Source: Eledone cirrhosa (Eukaryota). Taken from it: DNA of 64,000 nucleotides. The notes under the pieces are model-generated. The model saw only the letters and a list, made by a program, of their open reading frames with translations. It had not been told where the DNA came from and searched no databases. Shown one piece after another: positions 12,531-27,668 of this stretch (the stretch's first letter is position 1; each line of letters begins with the position of its first letter). The stretch is taken from the NCBI GenBank assembly GCA_964016885.1, contig OZ024741.1, positions 52,576,001-52,640,000 on the forward strand. Direction: 5' to 3'. The translations under genes were made by a program, and so were the position numbers.

Positions 12531-12627
12531 GCATATATATATATATATACATACATGCGTACAATAAATATATTTATAAACATGTATCTACTTCTCTCTA
12601 TCTCTCTTGTTCTCCCAGTTGTATGGA

Positions 12628-12659
<32 letters not shown>

Positions 12660-13025
12660 CACACATATACATATATATTTATGTTGTCTCGGAAGTATAC
12701 GTACATGTGTATACGTAGTTCTAATTAGAAATACTACGCAAAAAATTGACTATATATGAATATTTATATATTTGTAATCTTGCTTGCGTACTGTCTCCAG
12801 CATCTCGAGTAGAGAGTATGTGATGATATACCTTCTGTATGTGTGTATGTATGTATATATGTATGTATGTATGTATCTATAAATGTATGTTTCTATGTAT
12901 GTATGTATATATGCATGTATATATATATCTATGAATGTATGTTTGTATGTATATATGTTTATATGTATGTATGAATATATCTATGTATGTTTATATGTAT
13001 GTATGTATATAAATATGTATGTATG

Positions 13026-13596
13026 TTCTTCTGGTTTTATAATTTCACAAAGTTTTACCAATAGAGAGAGAGTCGGTTTCTAACATAGATACAAGACTCT
13101 CTCATTGGAATTTACACAACATCAACTAGGTAGGTATGTATGCATGCATGTATAGATATGGATGTTATTGTATGTGTGGATGTGGATGTTTTGAGTTGTA
13201 TGTGTGCATGTGTATATGTTTGCATCTCTACATGTGTATATGCAGTTATTAGATGCAACATTTTTGGAATGTTTTACATATTTTTACTGTTCCATTAATG
13301 GATTGTACTTGTAATTTCCTAACTAGTTGTGTTCTTTCTGTTCCTGTGAAGCCTAGCTTCTCAAGATTTGTATTGAGGCAGTTACTAACATATCCCAGTG
13401 CCACAATAACCACAGGCATAAATCTGAAGGTATAATCAGGGTGGAGTATCTGCAGATTTCTCATCAGTTCTGCATAAATATTCTCCTTTTCACTAATCTT
13501 TGATATTATATTGGCATCTGCTGGGCAGCTAATTTCCACTACTGTGCATGCTTTCTTCTCCCTGTCCCATATCATAATATCTGGTCTGTTATACCT
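13026..13596 (-). mobile_element. 3' fragment of an R4/Dong-like non-LTR retrotransposon (restriction-like endonuclease plus 3' UTR)
   Basis: NRPDIMIWD..VVEISCP..KISEKENIY..PVVIVALG, a PD-(D/E)xK RLE layout; (CATA)n on both sides. Confidence 0.8.
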
Positions 13597-13674
13597 GTAT
13601 GTATGTATGTAAATATGTTTGTATGTATCTATAAATGTATGTTTGTATGTATGTATGTATCTATGAATGTATGT

Positions 13675-14277
13675 CAGGTCACCAGTTGGTGCTACTGGTA
13701 ACATGTATCCCAGTACAACCTGTCTCATGGTCGGGTCGTTGGCGACTAAACTGGCAACCCCACCAAGGTTTCTTGGTGAGGTGGGTGACTTTGGACATCC
13801 TGCAGGACTAAAAACAAAACCTGTCAAAGGGCAAAGGAGCTCTTAAGAGTCAATGGCCATTCAAAATCACCGGGAGAGATGACCCCTTAGCCTTTGTCAA
13901 GGCAGAATTCTAGAAGGAAAACTCTGATATAACACCTGCAACCCTGATGGTATCCAATCATGTTGACTTGTTCTTCTTTTTGGTAAATATCATCTTGGTT
14001 AATAGAGTGGGACTGGCTTTGTGCAGTGCCTTTGCTAACTATAAAAGCTTCACGGCACAGGCATTGCTTTATATCTGGAGATCTCTCTGCACTTGTCGTC
14101 ACATGATACCATGGGCCCAGCACTATGTGCCAATAATTGTCACAAGTATAGTGTTTGTACCAGAGTTTTCAAGTCGCTGGCTGGACTAAAAAGACACACT
14201 CGTTCAGCGCATCGGTAGGGGTTCTCCTACATGTATATAAAGTAGTGGCCGTACTCGAAAACGAGTTGGCAGCCACC
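13675..14277 (+). mobile_element. ~600-bp non-coding retroposon, copy 1
   Basis: Near-identical to 57184-57791, 63125-63736 and 32113-32521; embedded in (TATG)n. Confidence 0.85.
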
Positions 14278-14383
14278 ATGAATGTATGTATGTATGTATG
14301 TATGTATGTATGTATGTATGTATGTATGTATGTATGTTTATATGTATGAATATATCTATGTATGTTCATATGTATGTATATAA

Positions 14384-14414
<31 letters not shown>

Positions 14415-14850
14415 TGTATGTATGTATGTATAAATGCAAATATGTATATATGTATGTTCGTATGTATGTATGAATGTATGTATGTATGTATGTATGTTCA
14501 TTTATTTTGTTTTCTGTATAAACATTTCTAGACATACAAATGCGCACACACACATATATATATATATATACATAGATATAGATAAACGCTCCCACACACA
14601 AATACATACACGTCTGCACTAATATCTAAATATATATTTTCATATGTCTCTATATAGCTGTCGGCATTGCTTCTTCTCTTTGCCCCTGTTTCCCTCTTTA
14701 TCAGTCTCTATATATGTTATATGTATATAAATATGTTTGTATATGCATACATATACATGCATACACATATATACACAAACATCCACTCAGATACGCGTAT
14801 ATACTGTATATACAGACAGACAGACTCGCCCACACACACAAACACACACA

Positions 14851-15890
<1,040 letters not shown>

Positions 15891-16429
15891 AATCATACGC
15901 ACATATGTGTATATATCTCTATGAACTGGCGAAATATTATCAAGTAATAAAAGAACAAAAATAAAAAAATGTAACTGAACATAAAATCGAATGGCTGACC
16001 ATGAGATCAGCAAGTGTATTGATTGTAGATCGTCTGCGTCTTTGAAATGGCAGACGAAATGAAGCTAAAAAGGGCGGGAAACTAGCAGATAATGAGGTTA
16101 TAAGTTCGGATGGCCAACAATGGTTGAGATTGAAAGATCATAGGTTCCTTAGAGGCAGAGAACTACAGTAAAAGAATGAGAGTGGGTTTGTAAATATCAG
16201 CGAAGCGAGTAGGGGTGGAGCAGAGACAGTGGGAAAGAATGAGATAGTAAAGGAGAGAGGAAGAAGGCGACGGAGGGGCGGGGGTGGGTGGGGTGTTGAA
16301 GGAAGATATATTGGTTAACTGGAAGAATGGAGTTAATATTTGGGAATTATTGGTTTGTTGAACTTTCGGCGAAGTGGGGGACATTGACAAGTGGTGTGGA
16401 GGTTGAAGGGGGTGAATATTATTTAGTGA

Positions 16430-16797
16430 ACGATGATGATGATGATGATGATGATGAGGGTGGGGAACAAAAGGAGAAGGCAGATCCTGCTGTTGCAGAT
16501 GAAGATGATGATAGTGATGATGATGGTGATGGGGAGAAGAAGGAGGAAGACGGCACTGTTGCAGATGATGATGATGATGATGATGGTGATTGTGATAAAG
16601 ATGATGGTGATGGTGAGGACGAGAAGGAAGAGGAAGGTGACGCTGTTGCTGATGATGAAGATAGGGCTGATGATGAGTAGAAGAAGGAGGAAGATTGTGA
16701 TGTTGCAGATGATGATGATGCTGATGATGATGGTGGTGATGATGATGATGATGATGGTGGTGATGGGGAGAAGTAGAAGGAAGATGGTGCTGTTGCA

Positions 16798-16846
<49 letters not shown>

Positions 16847-16887
16847 GTGGTGATGGGGAGAAGTAGAAGGAAGATGGTGCTGTTGCA

Positions 16888-16957
<70 letters not shown>

Positions 16958-17228
16958 ATAATGAAGATGATGGTGAGGACGAGAAGAAGGAGGAAGGTGG
17001 CGCTGTTGCAGATGATGATGATGGTGATGATGGCGGCTATGATGAGATCATTAACGATGACAATGACGACGATGATGATGATAAGGATAACGCTGCTGCT
17101 GCTGCTTTTGCTAATAATGTTGGTGATGATGATGTGATCGCTGCTGACGACGATGTCTATAATACTGATGATGATGATGATGATGATGTTGATGTTGATG
17201 GTGATGATGATGATGATGATAATGGTGG

Positions 17229-17266
<38 letters not shown>

Positions 17267-17630
17267 GTGATGATGGTGATACTGATGGTGATGATGATGG
17301 GGATGATGACGATGATGATGATGAATGTGATGATGATAATGATGATGATGATGATGGTGATGGTGGTGATAATGGTGATGATGATGATGATGATAATGAT
17401 GAGGACGATGATGACGGTGATGACGGTGATGATGATGATAATGATGATGGTAGCAATGATGACGACAATGCTGTCTATAATGTTGATATACTGAAAACGT
17501 TGATGTCAGTGGTCGTAGTCATAAGGACGATAATGATTATAAATATACTGATAAAGATGATTTATAATGACGATAGTGATGATGACAATTATGGTGATGA
17601 TAATGATGCTGATGATGATGATGATGATAA
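16430..17630. repeat. (GAT)n-derived satellite with repeated GTTGCAGAT/GAAGGAAGA spacers
   Basis: Direct inspection; stops interrupt the poly-Asp frame. Confidence 0.92.
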
Positions 17631-17949
17631 TCAGAGGAATGGAAAATGAAGACAAAACAAAAAAGAAAAAGAGAAGAGAAGAATCTAGAATGATGAGTTT
17701 ATGGATAACGAAAGCCTGGAATTGATTCCATGGTGACTGAACGCTGACGTTGTGCCGAAAATGCAAAAGATATTCGATACGATGTAAGCAAAGAAAACAT
17801 GCGCCATTTTGTCTTTTCTGTGTTACTTCCACGTTTTACCCGCCAAAGGCAAAGTTGTATCAATAACAAACCCAATGTCAGAAGTACATCATAGTTGTAT
17901 TTTTTCTCTCCGCCAATCATTCGTCTTTTTGTCTGTCTGTCTCCCTGCT

Positions 17950-18041
<92 letters not shown>

Positions 18042-18161
18042 GTTATCAGTAGATATTCATACAAGCACCAACCCACACACACGCGTACATACAAATAGAC
18101 ACCCATACGTACCCCCCCCCATATATATATACATCGATTGTGTTGTTATTTCTGTTTACCT

Positions 18162-18193
<32 letters not shown>

Positions 18194-18331
18194 GGAAAAG
18201 AGTCAGGAACCCGACAGCTGAGCTCCGACCGTTTCGATAGCTAGGTTTTCCTATTACCCACTCTACTACCCTAAGTATCGAGTACTGTGGTGCATTATGG
18301 TCCACCTGGTTCCTTACCACACTTCCTTCGC

Positions 18332-18419
<88 letters not shown>

Positions 18420-18422
18420 GTG

Positions 18423-18465
<43 letters not shown>

Positions 18466-18498
18466 ATATATATATATACAGAGGTTATATTTAATCTG

Positions 18499-18562
18499 TA
18501 TTTTATCTGATGAAAGCGCACCATAATTTACCTTGGTCGCCCTTGAAATATATAATAAAATA
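18499..18562 (+). ncRNA. Type-I hammerhead ribozyme (same family as 8522 and 34367)
   Basis: TATTTTAT-CTGATGA-AAGCGCACCA..TGGTCGCCCTT-GAAA-TATA-TA-ATAAAATA; perfect 8-bp stem I. Confidence 0.75.
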
Positions 18563-18573
18563 AATATGGTTTT

Positions 18574-18634
<61 letters not shown>

Positions 18635-19191
18635 CAAAGGAGGTGTGGTAAGATACCAGGTGGACCATAACGCATGGATCTAGCTGTCGAAATAGCCGGA
18701 GCTCAGCTGTCGGGGTCCTGACTCTTTACATATATATAGTCATATATTTATATGTATATATTACACTAAAATACAGTAGGACAACAACCCTAACTGCCTT
18801 GCATGTCGCATACATGCCCCCTCACTACACCCACACAACTGAACTGAAGCTTAACGTCAAACAACTATACATGGAAATAAAAAAATAATAAAACAGAAAA
18901 ATGGCAAATATTTGTACGTAACATAAACAATAAAGCAAATAATAATATATTATATGTAGTAATCAGAATCATCATCAAGATGACACACAACAACTCCGTT
19001 CATATTACATCCTATGGCACTACATTTCAACAGCAAGCAAGTGCTTTTATCAAAGATTTCTAGAAAACTAGTAAGCTGAAATAACATTAAGAAAACAGGA
19101 ACAGAAAACAAAACAAATACGCATAAAACAAGTAAATAGTATGCTTTATTAGAAGGCTACATCAATGAAATGAGATATTCAATGTTAATAA

Positions 19192-19381
19192 TTGTTTCTA
19201 CTTTTGGCACAAGGCCAGCAAATACCCAGTGTATTATTGGTACTTTATTTTATCAACCCCGTAAGGATGAAAGGCAAAGTTGACCTCGGCGGGATTTGTG
19301 CTCAGATCATAAAGGACCGTTACTCTTTGCTGCAAAGCAAGGCGTCCGACCCTCTAGCGATACTGCCAATCCACCGCCCTA
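19192..19381 (-). mobile_element. tRNA-derived SINE
   Basis: Homologous to 59784-59975. Confidence 0.85.
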
Positions 19382-19679
19382 AATTGAATGTTAATAATGA
19401 TAACAAAGATGTTGGAATTGTTTAATAGTCTTTATATTTCGTGCCAATATCCCCTCATCAAAAGAAGAGATGAAGAAACTAATTCCAAACATTGAGAGTA
19501 CCTCATACAAAACGTACTGAGTATCTCATTCAAAACATGCGCAGCACATCTTACAAAACACACTCAGTGCCTCATACAAACGTACTCAGTACCTTCTACA
19601 AAATGTAGTAAATACCTCATATTCAGCCGCATCCTGAAAAATAAAAGAAAAAATATTAAATAACTACCAAAACTACCCG

Positions 19680-19855
19680 TCAGGTCGTGAAACCAATAGA
19701 GAGTACAACAATTAATACTTCTAGAACTTTCAATTTCTCGAATGGAATACCTCAGGGATCTGTCCTCTTCTCCGATATTTTCAACCTAATCATACACGAC
19801 CTTCTCGTGCCTCCAGAAACATACAATCAGTCTCATATGCAGATCTCATCACACT
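19680..19855 (+). pseudogene. LINE reverse-transcriptase fragment
   Basis: NGIPQGSVLFSDIFNLIIHDL followed by a frameshifted SYAD. Confidence 0.7.
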
Positions 19856-20256
19856 CATTGAATAAAAGCAATAACAGCAACACCAACAGTAAAAATAATT
19901 ACAACAGTTACAATAGCAACAACAACAGTTACAATAGCAACAATAACAGTGGCAATAACATCACCACCAACAACAGTAACATCAGCAACAATAACAGTAG
20001 CAATAACATCACCACCAACAACAACAATAACAGTAACAACAACAACAAAAGTAGCCCAGGACAAAAACAATAGCAATAACAACTGTGACAGCAGCGACAA
20101 TAACAATAACAACAAGTACAACAACAAAAACAACAGTAACAATAACTAAAACAATAACAACAACAATAAGAACAAGCTCAACAACTATATCAACAGTAAT
20201 ACCCACAACTAAAACAACACCAATAACAATTGCAATATCAATAATAATAACAATAA

Positions 20257-20682
20257 AAGTTTCTACTTTAGGCACAAGGCCAGCAATTATTCCAGTCCAT
20301 TACTGGTACTTTATTTTATCGACCCCGTAAGGATGAAAGGCAAAGTTAACCTCAAGATTAACTTTGCCTTTCAATAATAACAATAATAATAACTGTTTCT
20401 ACATTTAGCGAAGGTCAGCAATTTGAAAGGAAAGCCGCACGTCGATGCTAGTGCATTACTGGTACTTTATTATATCGACCCCGTAAGGCAGAGCTATAAT
20501 AACAACAGCTATAAAACAACTGTAAAGACAGCAACAAAAATAGTATAAATAAATGTTTCTACAAGGTCTGCAATTACCCCCAGTGCATTACTGGTACGTT
20601 ATTTTATCGACCCCATAGGCAAAGTTGACCTCGGCGGGATTTGAACTCAAACAGTAAAGGGCCGAAACTCTATGCTGCAAAG
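20257..20682 (-). mobile_element. Three partial copies of the tRNA-derived SINE (20257-20355, 20393-20488, 20554-20682)
   Basis: Recurrent CATTACTGGTAC.TTATT.TATCGACCCC core. Confidence 0.8.
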
Positions 20683-20699
20683 TATAAATAATATAATCA

Positions 20700-23600
20700 A
20701 GAGCTAAAAGCAATAACAGCAACAACAATAACTACAACAGTAACAACGATAGTAAGATCAACAACAGTGGTAACAATAATAACACTAACAACAAATATAA
20801 TAACACTAACAGCAGCACCTGTAACAACAACAATAACAAGAACAAAAAACACAACAAAATTATAATAACAACAAGAAGAAGAACAACAACAGTAACAATA
20901 ATAACAGTAATAACAATAACAGTAACAACGCTAAAAATAACAATAAGAACAATAACATCAACAACAATAACAACAGTAACAATAACAACAGTAACAATAA
21001 CAACAGTAACAACAGTAACAATAACAACATAACAGCAACAATAACAACAACAACAACAACAACCAACAACAATAACAACAGTAACTATAACAACAAAAAC
21101 AACAGTAACAACAATAATAACAACGCTAAAAACAACAACAACGGCAATATAAATAATAACAACAGTAAGAATAGCAACAACAGTAACAACAACAGTAACA
21201 ACAACAGTAAAGAAAACAGTAACAACAACAGTAACAATGCTAAAACAACAACAACAGTAACAACAACAGCAACAACAACAGTAACAACAACAGTAACAAT
21301 GCTAAAACAACAACAACAGTAACAACAACAGCAACAACAACAGTAACAACAACAGTAACAACAACAGCAACAACAACAGTAACAATGCTAAAACAACAAC
21401 AACAGTAACAACAACAGCAACAACAACAGTAACAACAACAGTAACAACAACAGCAACAACAACAGTAACAATGCTAAAACAACAACAACAGTAACAACAA
21501 CAGCAACAACAACAGTAACAACAACAGTAACAACAACAGCAACAACAACAGTAACAATGCTAAAACAACAACAACAATAACAACAACAGTAACAACAACA
21601 GTAACAAAAACAGTAACAACAACAGTAACAACAACAGTAACAACTATAACAACAACAGCAACAACAACAGTAACAACAACAGTAACAACAACAGTAACAA
21701 AAACAGCAACAACAACAGTAACAACAACAGCAACAACAACAATAACAACAACAGTAACAACAACAGTAACAACAACAGTAACAACAGTAACAACAACAGC
21801 AACAACAACAGTAACAACAACAGTAACAACAACAGTAACAAAAACAGCAACAACAACAGTAACAACAACAGCAACAACAACAATAACAACAACAGTAACA
21901 ACAACAGTAACAACAACAGCAACAACAACAGTAACAACAACAGCAACAACAACAGTAACAACAACAGTAACAACAACAGTAACAACAACAGTGACAACAG
22001 CAACAACAACAGCAACAACAACAGTAACAACAACAGTAACAACAACAGTAACAACAACAGTAACAACAACAGCAACAACAACAATAACAACAACAGCAAC
22101 AACAACAATAACAACAAAAGTAACAACAACAGTAACAACAACAGCAACAACAACAGTAACAACAACAGTAACAACAACAGTAACAACAACAGTAACAACA
22201 GTAACAACAACAGCAACAACAACAGTAACAACAACAGAAACAACAGTAACAACAAAAGTAACAACAACAGTAACAACAACAGCAACAACAACAGTAACAA
22301 CAACAGTAACAACAACAGTAACAACAACAGTGACAACAGCAACAACAACAGCAACAACAACAGTAACAACAACAGTAACAACAACAGTAACAATAACAGC
22401 AACAACAACAGTAACAACCACAGTAACAACAGTAACAACAACAGTAACAACAACAGCAATGACAACAGTAACAAAAACAGTAACAACAACAGTAACAACA
22501 ACAGTAACAACAACAGTAACAACAACAGTAACAAAAACAGTAACAACAACAGTAACAACCACAGTAACAACAGTAACAACAACAGTAACAACAACAGTAA
22601 CAACAACAGTAACAACAACAGTAACAACAACAGTAACAACAACAGTAACAACAACAGCAGTAACAACAGTAACAACAACAGTAACAACAACAGTAACAAC
22701 AACAGTAACAACAACAGTAACAACAACAGTAACAACAACAGTAACAACAACAGTAACAACAACAGTAACAACAACAGCAACAATAACAGTAACAACAACA
22801 GCAACAATAACAGCAACAACAACAGTAACAACAACAGTAACAACAACAGCAACAATAACAGTAACAACAACAGTAACAACAACAGTAACAACAACAGTAA
22901 CAACAACAGCAACAACAACAGTAACAACAACAGTAACAACAATAATAACAACAGTAACAACAACAGTAACAACAACAGCAACAACAACAGTAACAACAAC
23001 AGTAACAACAATAATAACAACAGTAACAACAACAGTAACAACAACAGTAACAACAACAGCAACAACAACAGTAACAACAACAGTAACAACAATAATAACA
23101 ACAGTAACAACAACAGCAACAACAACAGTAACAACAACAGTAACACAACAGTAACAACAATAATAACAACAGTAACAACAATAATAACAACAGCAACAAC
23201 AGTAACAACAACAGTAACAACAACAATAACAACATCAGTAACAACAACAGTAACAACAACAGTAACAACAACAGTAACAATAACAGCAACAACAACAGTA
23301 ACAACAACAGCAACAACAACAGTAACAACAGTAACAACAACAACAACAACAGTAACAACAATAGTAACAACAGTAACAACAACAGTAACAACAACAACAA
23401 CAACAACAACAGTAACAACAACAGTAACAACAACAGTAACAACAATAGTAACAACAACATTAACAACAACAGTAACAACAACAGCAACAATAACAGTAAC
23501 AACAACAGCAACAATAACAGTAACAACAACAGCAACAACAACAACAACAACAACAGTAACAACAACAGTAACAACAACAGTAACAACAACAGTAACAACA

Positions 23601-25292
23601 ACAGTAACAACAACAGTAACAAAAGTAACAACAACAGTAACAACAACAGTAACAAAAGTAACAACAACAATAACAACAACAGTAACAACAACAGTAACAA
23701 CAACAGTAACAACAACAGTAACAATAACAGTAACAACAACAACAGTAACAACAACAACAACAACAACAACAACAGTAACAACAACAGTAACAACAACAGT
23801 AACAACAACAGTAACAAAAGTAACGACAACAGTAACAACAACAGTAACAACAACAGTTACAACAACAGTAACAACAACAGCAACAACAACAGTAACAACA
23901 ACAGTAACAACAACAGTAACAACAACAGTAACAACAACAACAACAACAGTAACAACAACAGTAACAACAACAGTAACAACAACAGTAACAACATCAGTAA
24001 CAACAACAGCAACAATAACAGTAACAACAACAGCAACAATAACAGTAACAACAACAGTAACAACTGCAACAACAACAACAACAACAACAGTAACAACAAC
24101 AGTAACAACAACAGTAACAAAAGTAACAACAACAATAACAACAACAGTAACAACAACAGTAACAACAACAGTAACAACAACAGTAACAAAAGTAACAACA
24201 ACAATAACAACAACAGCAACAACAACAGTAACAACAACAGTAACAATAACAGTAACAACAACAGTAACAACAACAGTAACAATAACAGTAACAACAACAG
24301 TAACAATAACAGTAACAACAACAGTAACAACACCAGCAACAACAACAACAACAACAGTAACAACAACAGTAAGAACAACAGTAACAAAAGTAACAACAAC
24401 AGTAACAACAACAGTAACAACAGTAACAACAACAATAACAACAACAGTAACAACAACAGTAACAACAACAGCAACAACAACAGTAACAACAACAGTAACA
24501 ACAACAGTAACAACAACAGCAACAATAACAGTAACAACAACAGTAACAACAGCAACAACAACAGTAACAACAACAGTAACAACAACAGTAACAACAACAG
24601 CAACAATAACAGTAACAACAACAGTAACAACAACAGTAACAACAACAGTAACAACAACAGCAACAATAACAGTAACAACAACAGCAACAATAACAGCAAC
24701 AACAACAGTAACAACAACAGTAACAACAACAGCAACAATAACAGTAACAACAACAGTAACAACAACAGTAACAACAACAGTAACAACAACAGCAACAACA
24801 ACAGTAACAACAACAGTAACAACAATAATAACAACAGTAACAACAACAGTAACAACAACAGCAACAACAACAGTAACAACAACAGTAACAACAATAATAA
24901 CAACAGTAACAACAACAGTAACAACAACAGCAACAACAACAGTAACAACAACAGTAACAACAATAATAACAACAGTAAAAACAACAGTAACAACAACAGT
25001 AACAACAACAGTAACAACAACAGCAACAACAACAGTAACAACAACAGTAACAACAATAATAACAACAGTAACAACAACAGCAACAACAACAGTAACAACA
25101 ACAGTAACACAACAGTAACAACAATAATAACAACAATAACAACAACAGTAACAACAACAGCAACAACAACAGTAACAACAACAGTAACACAACAGTAACA
25201 ACAATAACAACAACAGTAACAACAACAGCAACAACAACAGTAACAACAACAGTAACACAACAGTAACAACAATAATAACAACAGTAACAACA
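20700..25292. repeat. (AAC)n-derived satellite, dominant 12-mer AACAACAACAGT
   Basis: Direct inspection; source of the poly-L/V/T/C ORFs. Confidence 0.97.
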
Positions 25293-25407
25293 CTTACACC
25301 AATGTTGACAAAGCTAACACCCAATTATTACCGTCATTAATTGATATTGAGAAATTAACAAGAGTAATTATTTCTGTAATTCTTCATAGAATAATTTAAT
25401 TCATGGA

Positions 25408-27300
25408 ACAGGTGTGCATGTGTGTGTCTGTGTGTGTTTGTGAGTGTGTATGCGTGTGTGTGAGTGACTGTGTTTGTGTGTGTGTTTGTGTGAGTGTGTT
25501 TGTGTGTGTGTTTGTGTGTGTGTGTGTGGGTGTGTTTGTGTTTGCGTTTGTGTGTGAGAGTGTGTGTGTGTGTAGGCGTGAGAATATGTGTAAATTTCTC
25601 AGTCATAGATTGTATGTGTGAATGTTTGAGTGTGAATGCCTGTGTGGGTGTGTGCATGCTTCAGTGTGTGTGTATGTGTGTGTGAGTGTGTAAAGTCTGT
25701 GTATACGTGTCTATGTGTATGTATGTGTGTGTGTGTGTGTGTGTGTGCCTCTGTGTGTGTGTAGGCGTGAGAATATGTGTACATTTCTCAGTCATAGATT
25801 GTATATATGTGAATGTTTGAGTGTGTATGCCTGTATGGGTGTGTGTATGCCTCAGTGTATGTGTGACTGTGTGTGTGCGTATACGGGTGTGTGGGTGTGT
25901 GTATGCCTCAGTGTGCGTGTGTGTGTGTGCCTGTGTGTGTGCATGTAGGCGTGAGAATATGTGTTAATATCTCAGTCAGAGTTTGTATATGTGTGAATGT
26001 ATGAGTGTGAATGCCTGTGTTGGTATGTGTATGTGTGTGTGAGTGTCTGTGTGTATACGTATGTGTATGTATGTATGTGTGTCTGTGTGTATGTTGGCGT
26101 GAAAATATGTGTAAATTTCTCAGTCATAGATTGTATGTGTGTGTATGTTTGTGTGTGTTTGCCTGTGCGGGTGTGTATGCCTCAGTGTGTGTGTATGTAT
26201 GTGTTTGCATCTGTGTGTGTGTGTGTGAGAATATGTGTGAATATATGAGTGTGGGTGTGTGTATATGTGGGTATGTGTATGTGTGTGTCTGTGTGTGTGT
26301 GTGTGTGCCTGTATGTGTGTATGTGTGTGTGTGTGTATGTGTGTGCGTGCGTGTGTGTGTGTCTCTGTGTGTGTATGTGTGTGTGTGTGTACATTCACAC
26401 ACAGACACACACTGTGTGTGTGTGTGTGTGTGCTTGTGTGTGTGTGTAGGCGTGAGAATATGTGTAAATATCTGTCAGTGTGTATATATATGTGCGAATG
26501 TATAAGTGTGAATGCATGTATGTACACGTGTGTGCCTGAGTGCATGCGTGTGTGTGTGTCTGTATGTGTGAGTACATGTGTGAATGTGTCAGTCTGTGAG
26601 TGTGTATTTGTCCGTGTACATGTGTATTAGTGAGTATATGTGTAAATAGTGTGTGTATGTGTGTCAATGTATCAGTGTGTATGCCTAGCTTTCTCTCTGT
26701 GTATGTGTGTGTGTATGGGTGTAGGTGTGAGTATATGTATAAATATCTCAGTCAGTGTGTGTATGTGTGAATGTATGAGTGTGTATGCATGTGTTTACGC
26801 GTGTGTGCCTGAGTGCATGTGTGTGTGTGTGTGTGTGTGTGTATTTGTGTGCGTATATATATATATATGTATTTATGGGTATGTCTGTGTGTTTGTATGT
26901 GTGTGTGTGTGTACTTGTGTGTGTTTAAATGTATGTGGATGCTTGTCTGTGCGTATGCATGTGTGCGTATGTGTGAGTATATGTATGAATATGTTAGTCT
27001 GTGTGTGTATACATGTATGTGTATGTTTGTGTGTGCCTGTATGTGTGCGTATAGGTAAGCAGTGTGTGTATGTATGTGTATGATTGTGTGTGTATGCTAG
27101 TGTGTATGTGTGGGCATGTGTGTGTAAGCATATGTGTGAATATGTCATTCTGTGTATGCATGAGTATGTATATGCTTGTATGTGCGTGAATGTGTATGTG
27201 TGGGTATATGATATATATTTGTACATGTATATTTGAGTGTATACATATGCGTCTGTGTGTATTATGTATGTATGTGTATATGAAATATCTCTCTCTATCT
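25408..27300. repeat. (GT)n-based composite minisatellite
   Basis: Anchor TAGGCGTGAGAATATGTG.A.AT.TCTCAGTCA recurs near 25573, 25762, 25946, 26094, 26447 and 26722. Confidence 0.85.
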
Positions 27301-27505
27301 GTATATGCCTGTATTTGTGTATGTCATTGTGTGCCGTGTATGCATATATATCTGTTTATGTGAGTGTTATTACAACAAAAGTATGCTATATTTTGCCTAT
27401 TTTTAGAGGTGTGGTATTGTTTAATATGGTTTATAATCCAAAATTGCTGTTCAAAGAGAAAGAATTCAATAAATTTCATTGAATTCACCTAATTTAAATC
27501 GATTT

Positions 27506-27668
27506 AAGGCGGTGATAGAATAAAGTGGGGAATCGGCAGAATCGTTAGAATGTCGGATTGAATGCTTTGCGGTATTCTTTGAAGAGTTCAAATCCCGCCA
27601 AAGTCAACGCTGTCTTTCATCATTTTGAGGTCGATAAATTTAGTACAAGTTCAGTAATAGGGTCGATT
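27506..27668 (+). mobile_element. Diverged tRNA-derived SINE
   Basis: GAGTTCAAATCCCGCC B-box, then CTTTCATCATTTTGAGGTCGATAAAT core. Confidence 0.7.

Noticed and set aside
14272-14280. Perfect Kozak GCCACCATG at the end of the 600-bp element
   Set aside because: The ATG comes from the microsatellite tail; copies at 32113 and 63125 read GCCACCATA.
16327-17649. Asp-rich acidic (biomineral-like) protein
   Set aside because: (GAT)n satellite with stops and frame changes; no signal peptide or splice support.
21388-25324. 821-1226 aa poly-Leu/Val/Cys ORFs
   Set aside because: Antisense readings of the AAC satellite.
25573-26760. CRISPR-like repeat/spacer arrangement
   Set aside because: The spacers are GT microsatellite of irregular length, the context is eukaryotic, and there are no cas genes.
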